From: Nitrospira sp.
Lineage (GTDB): Bacteria; Nitrospirota; Nitrospiria; Nitrospirales; Nitrospiraceae
DNA: 64,000 bases
Assembly (NCBI GenBank): GCA_035454625.1
Contig: DATIGP010000098.1
Coordinates: 9,391-73,390, forward strand
Direction of reading: 5' to 3'
Shown here: positions 18,195-28,120 of the stretch, piece by piece
Layout of the letters: each line of letters starts with the position of its first letter
Numbering within the stretch: position 1 is the stretch's first letter
Position numbers and translations under genes: made by a program
Notes under the pieces: generated by a model
Seen by the model: only the letters and a program-made list of their open reading frames with translations
Databases searched by the model: none
What the model was told of the DNA's origin: nothing

Positions 18195-18692
18195 GTGGCG
18201 GATCAGTTTTCATTCGACGTGGTGTCAGAAGTCAACATGCAGGAACTGAAGAACGCACTGGATCAGGCGACGAAGGAGATCAAGCAGCGATTCGATTTCA
18301 AGGACACGAAGACCGAGATCACGTTGAAGGAGAAAGAAAAAGAGGTAGTGGTCATTTCCGACGACGAGTACAAGCTGAAGGCGGTGCAGGAAATTATCAA
18401 GGCCAAGTGTGTGAAACGCGGCGTGTCGCTGAAAGCGTTCACACAAGGCGCGATCGAGCCGGCGTTGAGCGGGACGGTGCGGCAAGTAGCGAAGATTCAA
18501 AGCGGCTTGGCATCGGACAAGGCCAAGGAGATCACGAAGGCCGTCAAGGATTCAAAATTGAAAGTGCAGGCGCAGATTCAGGGCGAGCAAGTGAGGGTGT
18601 TGGGCAAGAGCAAGGATGAATTGCAGTCCGCGATCACATTCTTGAAGGGCAAGGATTTCGGGATCGATCTACAGTTCACGAACTATCGATAA
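18195..18692 (+). CDS. yajQ: YajQ-family nucleotide/c-di-GMP-binding protein
   Basis: SFDVVSEVNMQELKNALDQA..RFDFK, KVQAQIQGEQVRV, LQFTNYR. AAGGAGG RBS before the GTG at 18195. Confidence 0.95.
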   Translation: MADQFSFDVVSEVNMQELKNALDQATKEIKQRFDFKDTKTEITLKEKEKEVVVISDDEYKLKAVQEIIKAKCVKRGVSLKAFTQGAIEPALSGTVRQVAKIQSGLASDKAKEITKAVKDSKLKVQAQIQGEQVRVLGKSKDELQSAITFLKGKDFGIDLQFTNYR

Positions 18693-18716
18693 ATAGGGGG
18701 TATGTGCATCGGCTTC

Positions 18717-19727
18717 ATGAAGATTCTGCTCCCTCTCCTCTTTCTCGCGACCTCTCTGACCGGCTGTAACCGCAGCGATCCGATCGTTCTCATCCAGCTC
18801 CATCCGAAGAATCCGGATATCATCTACGTTGCGACGAACGACTATATCTATAAGAGCCGTGATGCCGGCCGGACATGGACGAACCTTTCTCAAGGAATGA
18901 GCTATTCCCGTGTGATCGCCATGGCCATCGATCCTGTGTATCCCGCGACGGTGTATGCCGGGACGAAGGGTGATGCCGTCTACAAGAGCCATGACGGCGG
19001 GCAGCGGTGGATATCGATGCGCGCGGGACTTGATGATGCCACTATCACTTCCGTGGTGAATCAGTTCCTCTTCGATCCTGCCGATGCGCAGCATATCTTT
19101 CTTGCCACAACGATGGGCGTGTTTGAGACCAAGAATGGGGGCGAACAATGGAGCAAGAGAATGGAGGGCATGAAAGAAGTGCTGATGGTCGTGACGCTAG
19201 GGATGGATCCTACGAGACCCTCCGTTCTCTACGCCGGAACCAGTGGTGGTGTGTACAAGTCACTCGATCAGGCCGGTAATTGGGAGAAGGTCAACAACGG
19301 ATTGGTGCCACCCGGGATGTTGAAAACATCGAGGGCTCTGAACGTCACGTCGGTCCTGGTCGATCCGTATGAACCCGACACCGTGTACGCCGCCACGCTG
19401 GCCGGGATGTACAAATCAACGGATGCGGCTCGATCCTGGAATCGAATGGGCGCGTCGCTCCCCGATCAAATGATCGTTGCGATGATTCTTGATCGAACGC
19501 GCAAAGGTGTCATCTACATTACCGGGCGAGACGGAGTGCATCGGAGCGAAGATAGCGGCATGACCTGGAAGCCGATCAATCGCGGCCTGGCGACCACCAA
19601 TATCAGGGCGATTGCTCAAAGCATGACCGATCCGAATTTGTTCTATGCCGGCACAAATGGGAGCGGTCTGTATCGCAGCACAGATGGGGGAGAGACGTGG
19701 GAGCCGATGCCGGCGGTTGGGAAGTGA
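18717..19727 (+). CDS. BNR/Asp-box repeat beta-propeller lipoprotein (YCF48/sortilin-like)
   Basis: Lipobox SLTGC and seven S/T-x-D/N-x-G/A-x-x-W Asp-boxes (SRDAGRTW, SHDGGQRW, TKNGGEQW, SLDQAGNW, STDAARSW, SEDSGMTW, STDGGETW). Confidence 0.85.
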   Translation: MKILLPLLFLATSLTGCNRSDPIVLIQLHPKNPDIIYVATNDYIYKSRDAGRTWTNLSQGMSYSRVIAMAIDPVYPATVYAGTKGDAVYKSHDGGQRWISMRAGLDDATITSVVNQFLFDPADAQHIFLATTMGVFETKNGGEQWSKRMEGMKEVLMVVTLGMDPTRPSVLYAGTSGGVYKSLDQAGNWEKVNNGLVPPGMLKTSRALNVTSVLVDPYEPDTVYAATLAGMYKSTDAARSWNRMGASLPDQMIVAMILDRTRKGVIYITGRDGVHRSEDSGMTWKPINRGLATTNIRAIAQSMTDPNLFYAGTNGSGLYRSTDGGETWEPMPAVGK

Positions 19728-19738
19728 TAACGATGGCA

Positions 19739-20845
19739 CTAACGTCTTCGGCTGTTCAGGTCGGAATCTCCGATGGAGGCACCGGCCCCGCGCCGCGTGA
19801 GTGTAGAAGTTCCCTCACGGTTTTGAGCATTGTCGACTTCGAACCCCGTGCTGCTGGGCAGGGAAGTGTCTTGTATATCCGTTCCCGGCCGATGGGGAAT
19901 GTTGCTTTGATGGATGTCTTCACCACGTCGCGGTCGCAGTGATTCACTGACAGTACTGTAGGGCATAAGAAAGTTGATGTCCGCTCCGAAGTGAGAATTC
20001 AGCTTGGTGTCTTCGATTTCTCCTCCAATTCGTGATTGCAAAGTCGTGTCTTGAATTTCCATCCCGGTTGGTGCAGATGACGGCGGCCGTTTGGCTTTAA
20101 AGTCTTTCCTGATCGCTTCCTCCTCCTCTTGAATCTGCACCTTGGCCCGGCCGCTGGTTTCGTAGTCCACTTCAGCGAGACCTCGCTGCGCCTCGTTCAA
20201 TTTATCAAGGCGCTCCTTGAGTCGAAACAGGTCCGCACGGGCGTGTGCAACCGTTCGGACAATTTCGCTGAGCGTGAATTGTCGAGCGAACGTCCCGAGC
20301 TTCGGACCTTGTGCGGCACCACCGCCCAAGCCTCCATTTCCGGACCCCACACCGAACCCGGCGGAATTGAAGATGCCTTTTTGTTGGACAGCTTTGAGGA
20401 TGTGGTTGGCTTCATCGATCAAATCAACGATTTCTGTCGGTGCGTCGTTGTCCGTCAAGCAGCATGAGAGAAACTTTCGATAGCGATCTGAAAATTTGGA
20501 GGCCACATTCTGCATCTCTACGATCATTATCGGATCGCGCTCGGGGAGATCGAACCCCTGTTTGCGTGCTCGCTCCCTGAAAGATTCCATCGCCTGTTGA
20601 TCGTAGAGTGGCTCACAATCAGAGCTTTTTTTCGTCGAAATCTGCTGGTCCGGTGTCTTGCTGGAGCACCAATAAACCGGCGCCGGTTGATTGAGATGGT
20701 TATCAGGATTGAATTCCTTTGCATAAGCCTGGCCACAGCAAAAGAATGAAACCATGAGGCACAGAGATGGTCTTGTGTGCGGGGAGTTCAAATAGGTTTT
20801 GCACATGAAAACATTCTCTAATCGAAATGTTCTTAAGTCAACCAA
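19739..20845 (-). CDS. Hypothetical, probably exported protein with Cys-rich N-terminus, coiled coil and C-terminal 13-aa repeats
   Basis: 368 aa ORF; true start likely downstream (MVSFFCCGQAYA). Repeats of type G-x-E/D-I-Q/E-D-T-x-L. Confidence 0.7.
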   Translation of the reverse strand: MVDLRTFRLENVFMCKTYLNSPHTRPSLCLMVSFFCCGQAYAKEFNPDNHLNQPAPVYWCSSKTPDQQISTKKSSDCEPLYDQQAMESFRERARKQGFDLPERDPIMIVEMQNVASKFSDRYRKFLSCCLTDNDAPTEIVDLIDEANHILKAVQQKGIFNSAGFGVGSGNGGLGGGAAQGPKLGTFARQFTLSEIVRTVAHARADLFRLKERLDKLNEAQRGLAEVDYETSGRAKVQIQEEEEAIRKDFKAKRPPSSAPTGMEIQDTTLQSRIGGEIEDTKLNSHFGADINFLMPYSTVSESLRPRRGEDIHQSNIPHRPGTDIQDTSLPSSTGFEVDNAQNREGTSTLTRRGAGASIGDSDLNSRRR

Positions 20846-20983
20846 ACTATTCGAGTTAGTAACCGAATGGGTCGGTAGTCATTTCCGATATCCAACCCAA
20901 AAGATATTATTGCTGCTACATGTGGAGGACAATCTCTTCTCCGGCGCTTCATGTAGTGGCCCTCTAAGTAACTGAAAAGTCTG

Positions 20984-21011
20984 TTGACAACCAAAAATGC
21001 GAGAGTATACT
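20984..21011 (+). promoter_or_regulatory. sigma70 promoter of the dcw operon
   Basis: TTGACA (20984-20989), 16-nt spacer, TATACT (21006-21011). Confidence 0.7.
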
Positions 21012-21021
21012 TCCGTCTGGC

Positions 21022-21047
21022 GTGGGGAAAAGTGGAGTTAAGTGGGT
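21022..21047 (+). promoter_or_regulatory. MraZ-type operator: three direct GTGG(G/A)N boxes at 10-bp period
   Basis: GTGGGG-aaaa-GTGGAG-ttaa-GTGGGT at 21022, 21032 and 21042, just downstream of the -10 element. Confidence 0.7.
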
Positions 21048-21060
21048 AGACATATTTTAC

Positions 21061-21966
21061 ATGCATATTTCAGTACTTGGTCAGGAAATCTGTTTTTGGC
21101 TACTTTATGAGCGACCCATCATTATTTTGGATTGCACGGTGGGGTATGGTGGACATGCGGAAATGCTTCTGGCATCCAGCCAGGCTGAAACCACGGTCAT
21201 AGGGCTAGACCAGGATTCGCAAGCAATTCATTTCTGTCGGCAACGTCTGAGTCGATTTGGAGATCGTATTGTGTTGCGGCAAGGAAATTATCGGGACTTG
21301 AAGTGGCACCTCGCTGAAACAGGTGTCACGACGGTCGATGGCGTGCTTTTCGATTTGGGAATTTCCTCTCCACAGTTGGAGGATGCGTCACGAGGTTTCA
21401 GCTTTCAGCAAGAAGGCCCGCTTGATATGCGCATGGACCAAGCGATCGGGCAAACTGCCGCGGATCTGGTGAACTGTAGCCCCGAACACGCGATCGCGGA
21501 CATCATTTTTCAGTATGGAGAGGAACGATATGCCAGGCGAATTGCTCGAGCCATCGTGCAGGAACGGCAACATCGCGCCATTGAGACCACAGGGACACTT
21601 GCTTCCATCATTGCTCGGTCCGTGCCGGCGTCGTATCGCCACGGACGCATTCATTGTGCAACGCGGACATTTCAGGCGCTTCGTATTGCGGTGAATCACG
21701 AACTGGAGTTCTTGGAGTCGTCGCTTCGCGATGCAACCGATGTCCTGAACTCGAGAGGAAGGATCTGCGCGATCTCTTTCCATTCTCTCGAAGATCGCAT
21801 CGTCAAACATACGTTCAGATCCCTCTCGCAAGGGCCTGCAGCCAGCCTTTCGATACTCACCAAGAAACCGGTGCTTCCTTCCGAGTCGGAATGTGAAGCG
21901 AATCCCCGATCACGAAGCGCTAAATTACGAGTTGCTGAACGCCAACCGAGGATGGAGCTTTTATGA
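21061..21966 (+). CDS. rsmH: 16S rRNA m4C1402 methyltransferase
   Basis: MHISVL, DCTVGYGGH, FDLGISSPQL, GPLDMRM, TRTFQALRIAVN, SFHSLEDRIVK, NPRSRSAKLR. Confidence 0.97.
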   Translation: MHISVLGQEICFWLLYERPIIILDCTVGYGGHAEMLLASSQAETTVIGLDQDSQAIHFCRQRLSRFGDRIVLRQGNYRDLKWHLAETGVTTVDGVLFDLGISSPQLEDASRGFSFQQEGPLDMRMDQAIGQTAADLVNCSPEHAIADIIFQYGEERYARRIARAIVQERQHRAIETTGTLASIIARSVPASYRHGRIHCATRTFQALRIAVNHELEFLESSLRDATDVLNSRGRICAISFHSLEDRIVKHTFRSLSQGPAASLSILTKKPVLPSESECEANPRSRSAKLRVAERQPRMELL

Positions 21967-22295
21967 AGACTCTCGCCGTTTTTGTAGGACTCTGTCTCAT
22001 ATTCGTGTTTGTTTGGGAGCGCGTAGACGTCGTTCGAGTGGGCTACCACATTGAGCGCTTGAAACGCGAGAAGACGGTGCTGGAACGTCAACGGGACGAG
22101 TTCCGGGTCAAGCTTTCAGCATTGAGCGCCTCCGATCGGATCGCAAAATTGGCGATCGAAAAACTGGGCATGAGTCCGCCTCAACAAGGACAGATCATCG
22201 TGGTTCAATCCAGGCCAGGCGATATCCATCCCCCGAGTGTTGCGTCGGTTGAGCTGAAGGTCGCCAGGAACTATCTTCCCAGCGGGAGGTTCTAA
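21963..22295 (+). CDS. ftsL: Cell division protein FtsL
   Basis: Single TM plus leucine-zipper, between rsmH and ftsI. Confidence 0.85.
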   Translation: MKTLAVFVGLCLIFVFVWERVDVVRVGYHIERLKREKTVLERQRDEFRVKLSALSASDRIAKLAIEKLGMSPPQQGQIIVVQSRPGDIHPPSVASVELKVARNYLPSGRF

Positions 22296-24013
22296 TGGCC
22301 GACTCGTTTTCGCGCAGTCGTCGGTATGTCTTGCTGCTGCTGTTGTTGAGTGGTTTTGGATTAGTTCTGTTCCGTCTGGTCACGTTGCAAGTGTTCCAGG
22401 CGGCTGAACTTTCCGTCAGGGCGGATCGGCAGCATCAGAAGACAGTCTCATTGGAAGGAGCACGCGGCACGATTGTCGACCGACACGGCAAGATTCTGGC
22501 CATGAATGTGGAAGTGCCGTCCGTATTCGGAGTCCCGAACTCATTAGAGAGCCCTCTCAAGACCGCGCGTCAGTTGTCGCCGATTCTGCATGTGAGGACC
22601 GATGAGTTGGAGCGGAAACTTCGGCAGGATCGGAGTTTCGTGTGGCTGGCTCGAAAGCTCGATCCTGAGCAGGGGCGCCGACTCGATCTCCTGTCGCTGG
22701 ATGGAATCGGGGTTGTCATGGAAGGGAGGCGATTCTATCCCAAAGGACCGCTTCTGGCTCATGTGTTGGGATTTTCCGGAATGGACGGTGAGGGTTTGGA
22801 AGGCCTAGAGCATCGCTACGAATCGTACTTGCGCGGCGAGAAGCGGATGATGGTGCTGCAGCGTGATGCCTTTGGGCGAACGGTGTTCCCCAAGGGAATG
22901 ACGGAACGGAGCCCGACGCCCGGCCGTAGTCTCGTGCTGACGATCGATGAGGTGATTCAGTATCTCGCTGAGAGAGAGCTGGAGGAAGCGGTCAACCGCG
23001 CCCAGGCCAAGTCGGGAACGATGATTGTGCTTGATCCAAAGACCGGAGCGGTGTTGGCTATGGCGGTCAGCCCGCGATTCGACCCCAATACCGTGTCGGC
23101 TCTCAGTGCGGATCGTTGGCGAAACAGGGCGCTTACAGATGCGTATGAGCCGGGGTCGACCATGAAGGCGATGATGGCTGCGGCAGCCATTGAGGAACGA
23201 GTGGTAAGGCCGAATACGATGGTGTTCGGAGAGCATGGTCATATGACGGTCGCGAACACCGTGATTCATGACCATGAGCGACTGGGATGGGTTTCGTTTG
23301 CCCAAGTCATTCAGAAATCAAGCAACATCGGGGCGGCGAAGACTGGCATGGCGCTGGGAGAACAGCGGCTCTATCGATACCTCCAGGCGTTCGGTTTCGG
23401 ACAGCGAACGGAAATCGATCTTCCGGGAGAGGGAGTCGGCTTGGTTCGAAATACAAAAGATTGGGGACGTCGTTCGGTCGCGTCTATTTCTATGGGGCAA
23501 GAGATCGGTGTCACACCGCTTCAAATGGTAGCTGCGATTGCGGCCATCGCAAACGGAGGTGTATTGATGAAACCTCACGTGGTTTCGGAAATACGAGATG
23601 CGGACGGCCACATTCTGAAGCAAGTATCTCCTCAAGCCAGGCGACGAGTCGTTTCTCCGGAAACGGCACGCAGCGTCACGAAAATTCTAGAGGGTGTGGT
23701 TACGGATGGAACTGGGACGAAGGCCGCCATCCCGGGGTTCCGAGTAGCTGGGAAGACCGGTACGGCTCAAAAGATCGACCCCCGAACCGGTGCCTATTCG
23801 ACCTCCAGGTTTGTTGCGTCTTTCGCCGGGTATGTGCCTGCCGACAACCCGCAGCTTGCCATGATTGTGATCATCGATGAACCCCAGGGTGATGTGTGGG
23901 GCGGGGCTGTCGCCGCTCCTTTGTTCAGTCGTGTCGGAGGACAGGTGTTAAGTTACTTAGGCGTGCCATCGCATGAGCCTGTGACGTTGGCGATGGCTTC
24001 GCGGAAATCGTGA
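22295..24013 (+). CDS. ftsI: Septal transpeptidase PBP3
   Basis: RGTIVDR, YEPGSTMK (SxxK), SSN, KTGTAQK. Confidence 0.95.
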   Translation: MADSFSRSRRYVLLLLLLSGFGLVLFRLVTLQVFQAAELSVRADRQHQKTVSLEGARGTIVDRHGKILAMNVEVPSVFGVPNSLESPLKTARQLSPILHVRTDELERKLRQDRSFVWLARKLDPEQGRRLDLLSLDGIGVVMEGRRFYPKGPLLAHVLGFSGMDGEGLEGLEHRYESYLRGEKRMMVLQRDAFGRTVFPKGMTERSPTPGRSLVLTIDEVIQYLAERELEEAVNRAQAKSGTMIVLDPKTGAVLAMAVSPRFDPNTVSALSADRWRNRALTDAYEPGSTMKAMMAAAAIEERVVRPNTMVFGEHGHMTVANTVIHDHERLGWVSFAQVIQKSSNIGAAKTGMALGEQRLYRYLQAFGFGQRTEIDLPGEGVGLVRNTKDWGRRSVASISMGQEIGVTPLQMVAAIAAIANGGVLMKPHVVSEIRDADGHILKQVSPQARRRVVSPETARSVTKILEGVVTDGTGTKAAIPGFRVAGKTGTAQKIDPRTGAYSTSRFVASFAGYVPADNPQLAMIVIIDEPQGDVWGGAVAAPLFSRVGGQVLSYLGVPSHEPVTLAMASRKS

Positions 24014-24025
24014 GCATACTTCGAG

Positions 24026-25534
24026 ATGTCGATGACCTTGGCTAACCTGCTCCAGGCGTTAGAAGGACAAGTGAAGATTATCGACCGACAGGGGGATTGG
24101 GACGTGTCTGTGGACGCGATTACCGATGATTCCCGAGCCGTCTCATCCCATAGTCTCTTTGTCGCGGTGAAAGGCGAGCGGGTCGATGGGCATGATTTTA
24201 TTCCGGCGGCCGTGAGAGGAGGCATGGTGGCGTTGGTGTCGCAGCAGCCGGTGGAGGGGGTATCCGTTCCATTTGTCCGTGTCGAGGACTCCCGAAAGGC
24301 GCTCGGTCTATTGGGAAGCCGCTTTTATGAGGACCCGTCATCGCGTATTCGGATGATCGGTGTGACGGGAACGAACGGTAAAACCACCACGACCTATGTC
24401 TGCAAAACCCTGCTGGAAGCCTTGGGGCACCCAGTAGGGATGATCGGGACCGTCGCTTATCAGGTCGGTGAGCGCTCGATGCCGGCAACGCACACGACAC
24501 CCGGCTCTCTTGAATTGCAACAGCTGCTGGCCACCATCGTCGCCGCCGGGTGCAGGACTGCGGTGATGGAGGTGTCTTCTCATGCCCTGGCGCAGGATCG
24601 CACGAGCGGATGCGAATATGACGTGGCGGTTTTTTCGAATCTGACTCAGGATCATCTTGATTATCACAAGACCATGGAGGCGTACTTTCAAGCTAAACTA
24701 AGACTTTTTACAGGCTTGAAGAGCAGAGTGAAAGGGAATAAGCGAGCGATCGTCAACATCGATGACCCCTATGGCCATCGTATTATCGAGCAGTGCACGG
24801 CCCCGGTTTGGACCTATGCACTAAAGACTAAGGCGGACCTATGCGCTAAATCGGTGCGGTTGTCTCTTCAGGGGACGAACTTTACCGCCGCGACACCGGT
24901 CGGGAGCTTCCCCATCGAGAGTCACCTGGTCGGCGAACACAATGTCTACAATTTACTCGCTGCCATCGGGGTGGCGCTTCACGAAGGGGCTACACCCGCT
25001 CAGATCCGTGAGGCTGTGACGACACTCAGTAACGTGCCGGGACGCTTCGAACGTCTGATCGCCGGTCAGCCGTTTACGGTGGCCGTAGACTACGCCCATA
25101 CCGAAGACGCGCTGGTCCGCTTGCTGACGGCGGCGCAAGCGCTGAAGACCGGCCGCATCATCACGGTCTTTGGCTGCGGTGGAGATCGGGACCGGGGGAA
25201 AAGGCCGAAAATGGGAGAAGCGGCCGTGCGCTACAGTGACGTCGTGATATTGACCTCGGACAATCCCAGAACGGAGGATCCCATCTCCATTCTGGAACAC
25301 GTCGAAACCGGCGTGATCGAGGCGATGCGGCAGCGACCGCATGTACTGTACCGGAAAGTGCCTGATCGGCGAGAAGCCATCGAGACGGCGGTGCGGGAGG
25401 CCCATAGAGGAGATATCGTTTTGATCGCCGGTAAGGGACACGAAGATTACCAGATCATCGGTACGAAGAAGGTTCATTTCGACGATCGCGAGGTGGCGCG
25501 CAACGCCATCGAGCGACTCGGAATCCGTGTTTAG
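24026..25534 (+). CDS. murE: UDP-MurNAc-tripeptide synthetase (meso-DAP type)
   Basis: GVTGTNGKTT, MEVSSH, NLTQDHLD, DYAHT, DNPR (meso-DAP specificity motif). Confidence 0.97.
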   Translation: MSMTLANLLQALEGQVKIIDRQGDWDVSVDAITDDSRAVSSHSLFVAVKGERVDGHDFIPAAVRGGMVALVSQQPVEGVSVPFVRVEDSRKALGLLGSRFYEDPSSRIRMIGVTGTNGKTTTTYVCKTLLEALGHPVGMIGTVAYQVGERSMPATHTTPGSLELQQLLATIVAAGCRTAVMEVSSHALAQDRTSGCEYDVAVFSNLTQDHLDYHKTMEAYFQAKLRLFTGLKSRVKGNKRAIVNIDDPYGHRIIEQCTAPVWTYALKTKADLCAKSVRLSLQGTNFTAATPVGSFPIESHLVGEHNVYNLLAAIGVALHEGATPAQIREAVTTLSNVPGRFERLIAGQPFTVAVDYAHTEDALVRLLTAAQALKTGRIITVFGCGGDRDRGKRPKMGEAAVRYSDVVILTSDNPRTEDPISILEHVETGVIEAMRQRPHVLYRKVPDRREAIETAVREAHRGDIVLIAGKGHEDYQIIGTKKVHFDDREVARNAIERLGIRV

Positions 25535-25573
25535 CTCACGGGAACGGGGGCCGTCGGTGCACGGAATCTCCAG

Positions 25574-27022
25574 ATGACGCTGTTTACCGTCGAAGAATTA
25601 CGCGAGGTAATCAAGGCGACAGTTCTGGCCGGCGAAGGGACCGCTTGGACGCGGCGCCGTATCCGACGAATCAGCCTTGATACTCGGTCTCTTCGGCCGG
25701 GTGATCTCTTTCTGGCGCTGCAGGGAGATCGATTCGACGGCCACGACTTTGTGGCCACCGCGCTGGCGCGCGGGGCGGTGGGAGCCATTGTGCGTGATTC
25801 CTTTGACATATCGGGGCTTGCTTTCAAGCGTAGACCAAGGCGGGCCCAGCCGTTTGTCCTCAGCGTCAGCGATCCACTCTCTGCTTACCAGCAGCTGGCT
25901 GCGTATCACCGAAGCCGATTTCACATTCCTGTCGTTGCCGTTACGGGAAGCAACGGCAAGACCACGACGAAAGAAATGGTCGCCGGGGTCCTGTCTCATC
26001 GACGGAAAATTCTCAAGACGGAAGGCAACCTCAACAACCGTGTAGGCGTTCCACAGACCTTGCTCCGCCTCAACGATCACCATAAGGGAGCGGTCGTTGA
26101 GATGGGAGTCGATAATCTCGGCCAGACCGCCAAGCTCTGTGAAATAGCCCGACCCACGATCGGAATCATTACGAACATCGGCCCCGACCACTTGGAATTT
26201 TTCGGGACGATGGAAGCGTCGGCCCAAGCCAAGGCGGAGTTGCTCGATCTTCTTCCTCACGATGGGACGGCCGTCCTGAACGCAGATGACTCGTATTACC
26301 ACTATCTTGCCGCGCGAGCCCGTTGTCGTGTGGTATCGTTCGGCCTTTCGACAAAGGCCGACGTGCGTGCGACGGATGTCAAGTCCGACGGGCGCAACGG
26401 GACGATCTTTCGTCTTCTGCTCCCGAGAACAGCACGCCACACCGTGGTCCATATTCGGGTCCAAGGCGAGCACAACGTCGCCAATGCCTTGGCCGCAGGC
26501 GCGGTCGGGTCTATCCTGGGCTTATCCGGTGGGGCCATCGCTCAAGGGCTGTCCCGATTCCGGCCAGCTGCCATGCGGTCGCAGGTACGGGTCAATCAAG
26601 GCGTGAAGCTGATCATCGACTGCTACAATGCCAATCCCGCTTCCATGAAAGCCGCGGTGCAGCTGCTCGCACAAACAGCAACGAAACGAAAGAAAATTGC
26701 CGTTCTTGGAGACATGCTGGAATTAGGTCCGAATGCCCCTCAGATGCACGAGGAAGTTGGCGGATTCTTGGCACGCCAAGGCATCGATCACCTCGTAGCT
26801 TGCGGCGTACTAGGGCGAAATCTCGCGACGGGGGCGAAGCAGGCCGGGCTTGACCCATCGCGTGTGATCGAAGTGCCAGATGCACGGGCGGCGGCTTCCG
26901 CCGTAAAAACGGTCGTGAAACCGGGTGATGCCGTGTTGATCAAAGCGTCGCGCGGTATGAAATTGGAGCTCGTCGCTGACGCACTCCAAAAAGCCAAACG
27001 TACGGGAAAGAGGGCCTTGTGA
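25574..27022 (+). CDS. murF: UDP-MurNAc-pentapeptide synthetase
   Basis: TGSNGKTTTKE, GNLNN, DCYNANP, LGDMLELG, KASRG. Confidence 0.97.
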   Translation: MTLFTVEELREVIKATVLAGEGTAWTRRRIRRISLDTRSLRPGDLFLALQGDRFDGHDFVATALARGAVGAIVRDSFDISGLAFKRRPRRAQPFVLSVSDPLSAYQQLAAYHRSRFHIPVVAVTGSNGKTTTKEMVAGVLSHRRKILKTEGNLNNRVGVPQTLLRLNDHHKGAVVEMGVDNLGQTAKLCEIARPTIGIITNIGPDHLEFFGTMEASAQAKAELLDLLPHDGTAVLNADDSYYHYLAARARCRVVSFGLSTKADVRATDVKSDGRNGTIFRLLLPRTARHTVVHIRVQGEHNVANALAAGAVGSILGLSGGAIAQGLSRFRPAAMRSQVRVNQGVKLIIDCYNANPASMKAAVQLLAQTATKRKKIAVLGDMLELGPNAPQMHEEVGGFLARQGIDHLVACGVLGRNLATGAKQAGLDPSRVIEVPDARAAASAVKTVVKPGDAVLIKASRGMKLELVADALQKAKRTGKRAL

Positions 27023-27038
27023 CGGTCATCTAGCCGCT

Positions 27039-28115
27039 ATGCTGTATATCTGGCTCTATCCGCTCCATACGGAATTCTCGTTTCTGAATGTGTTTCGATA
27101 TCAGAGCTTTCGCATCATTTATGCCGCCGTCACGGCGTTTCTGATCGCATTCGTACTTGCGCCGTGGGTGATTCGCAAGCTCCAAGAAATCAAGCTGGGA
27201 CAACAGATACGTGATGATGGACCCCAACGGCATCTTGCCAAAAGCGGGACGCCCACAATGGGCGGTATCCTCATTATCTTTGCGGTCACGCTGTCCACGC
27301 TGCTCTGGGCCGACATCTCTCGTCCCCATATCTGGCTGGTTCTTGCCGCGACGCTCGGATTTTGTGCCATCGGGTTTGCGGACGACTATCTCAAATTCAT
27401 CAAGGCCCGATCGAAAGGCCTTTCGGCATCGCAGAAGTTTACGGCTCAGATAGTGGTCGCGCTCATCGTTGCGCTGATCTTGTATTCGTTGCCGGGCTAC
27501 AATACGAGACTCAGTGTGCCGTTTTTCAAGAATTTCATGCCGGACTTAGGATGGTTTTATGTGGTCTTCGCCGTCCTGGTCATCGTCGGAAGTTCCAATG
27601 CCGTCAATCTCACCGACGGCCTCGATGGGCTGGCCATCGGCCCGGTGATGATCGCTGCATTGGCGTACACCGTCGTCGCTTATGTCACGGGGCACCGTTT
27701 GATGTCGGAATATCTCTTGATCCAGCACATCGACGGAGCGGGTGAGCTGGCGGTCTTTACGGCCGCCATCCTGGGGTCGAGCCTTGGCTTCCTGTGGTTC
27801 AATACCTATCCGGCCTCGGTGTTTATGGGTGATGTCGGTTCGCTTCCGCTTGGGGCGGCCCTGGGTACGGTCGCGGTCATCAGCAAGCACGAGCTGTTGT
27901 TGCTGATGGTCGGCGGTGTCTTCGTGATCGAGGCCGTGTCGGTCATTTTCCAAGTCGCCTCATATAAATCCCGAGGGAAGCGGATCTTCCTTATGGCTCC
28001 GATTCACCATCATTTCGAGATGAAAGGATGGGAAGAGCCGAAAGTCGTCGTGCGCCTGTGGATCATCGCCATTTTGCTGGCGCTGTTGAGCCTGAGTACC
28101 CTCAAGTTGAGGTAG
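27039..28115 (+). CDS. mraY: Phospho-N-acetylmuramoyl-pentapeptide transferase
   Basis: [40 protein letters not shown]. Confidence 0.98.
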   Translation: MLYIWLYPLHTEFSFLNVFRYQSFRIIYAAVTAFLIAFVLAPWVIRKLQEIKLGQQIRDDGPQRHLAKSGTPTMGGILIIFAVTLSTLLWADISRPHIWLVLAATLGFCAIGFADDYLKFIKARSKGLSASQKFTAQIVVALIVALILYSLPGYNTRLSVPFFKNFMPDLGWFYVVFAVLVIVGSSNAVNLTDGLDGLAIGPVMIAALAYTVVAYVTGHRLMSEYLLIQHIDGAGELAVFTAAILGSSLGFLWFNTYPASVFMGDVGSLPLGAALGTVAVISKHELLLLMVGGVFVIEAVSVIFQVASYKSRGKRIFLMAPIHHHFEMKGWEEPKVVVRLWIIAILLALLSLSTLKLR

Positions 28116-28120
28116 TGGGG

